Below are positions 63,466 to 64,000 of a stretch of DNA of 64,000 nt, piece after piece. The position numbers were made by a program, and so were the translations under genes. The stretch is taken from IMG/VR virus record IMGVR_UViG_3300023178_000006, one strand, 5' to 3'. Under the pieces are notes generated by a model. The model saw nothing but the letters and a program-made list of their open reading frames with translations, was not told where the DNA came from and searched no databases. Position 1 is the first letter of the stretch. Each line of letters opens with the position of its first letter. Source of the DNA: a virus (lineage: Duplodnaviria; Caudoviricetes).

Positions 63466-64000
63466 ATGGCCAGACCCGAACAGCTTAGGTATATTAGAAG
63501 CAATGACTCTCGTGTAACGACTTATTCGTTTCCTTCTAAACCTTTACCTCATAGTTTTCAAATGATTTTTCATGATTATGATTTTAGTAAGTTTGCTGCA
63601 TCTACAACAATCGAAAGAGCTGATGAAGATGTTCCTGTATTCAGCGCAAATCAGCGTTTAGGATTAATACCTGAAAGAAATCCAGTACAAGAAAATTCTA
63701 CATCTTCAGTAGAGTTACCATTCCCAAGAAGTTTAAGAGATGCAACTGGTACTCAGGTTACTGCATTTGAAAGAGATTTCTTAACTGAAAAATTCGCATC
63801 AGTAATAGCAGGTGCTTCAAACACAGGGAATCTAGATGCAATTGGTAAACTCGCAGAAGAGGCATTAGGTGTTGCAAAGGATGCAGGTAAAGCGGCAATG
63901 GGTAATAATGAAGCACGTCAGAAACTTATTGAGGGAATTCAAGGATTAGAAGGAAATTCATCTGATGCTATGACTGCAGGTACTTACCTTGCAAAAAAAT
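63466..64000 (+). CDS. gp48: Baseplate tail-tube cap (gp48-like), truncated by window end
   Basis: Manual translation MARPEQLRY...YSFP...SVELPFPRSLRDATG; open to the end; late promoter; synteny. Confidence 0.65.
   Translation, partial: MARPEQLRYIRSNDSRVTTYSFPSKPLPHSFQMIFHDYDFSKFAASTTIERADEDVPVFSANQRLGLIPERNPVQENSTSSVELPFPRSLRDATGTQVTAFERDFLTEKFASVIAGASNTGNLDAIGKLAEEALGVAKDAGKAAMGNNEARQKLIEGIQGLEGNSSDAMTAGTYLAKK

Noticed and set aside
1-64000. CRISPR arrays, integrase/transposase, inteins, stop-codon reassignment
   Set aside because: No spaced repeats or mobile-element motifs seen. gp41, gp43 and topoisomerase are normal length. TAG and TGA both end conserved genes normally.

Overview
This is a 64 kb AT-rich segment of a lytic T4-like myovirus genome. 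It is probably marine, and the host is probably a heterotrophic proteobacterium: there are no photosynthesis genes in the window, and that assignment is inference. It carries the T4 replication, recombination and transcription core (gp41, uvsX, gp32, gp59, gp33, gp39/60, gp52, uvsY, uvsW, gp55, gp47, gp46, gp43, gp45, gp44, gp62, regA, dexA). It also carries tail and head genes (gp3, tape-measure-like, gp26/gp51, gp54, gp2, gp4, partial gp48) and six tRNAs. Expression signals are 18 near-consensus sigma70-type promoters (TTGACA-17-TA[T/G]AAT) and T4-type late promoters ([T/A]ATAAATA). Accessory genes include glyA, heme oxygenase plus a bilin reductase, cytochrome c, IscA, peroxiredoxin, peptide deformylase, Hsp20, PMM, two sulfotransferases, an APS-kinase-like gene, and several glycosyl- and methyltransferases. 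The main highlights are: (1) a ~260-nt multi-stem RNA starting at a predicted TSS in front of a DUF262+HNH nuclease, which heads a DNA-modification locus (dCMP hydroxymethylase, GT-B glycosyltransferase, atypical C5-MTase); (2) a late operon of nuclease-, kinase- and ligase-fold enzymes with T4-like capsid-targeting N-termini; (3) a likely -1 frameshift fusing gp26 to a start-less gp51 C-terminus, analogous to lambda G/GT. All calls come from reading motifs by eye; no database searches were run.
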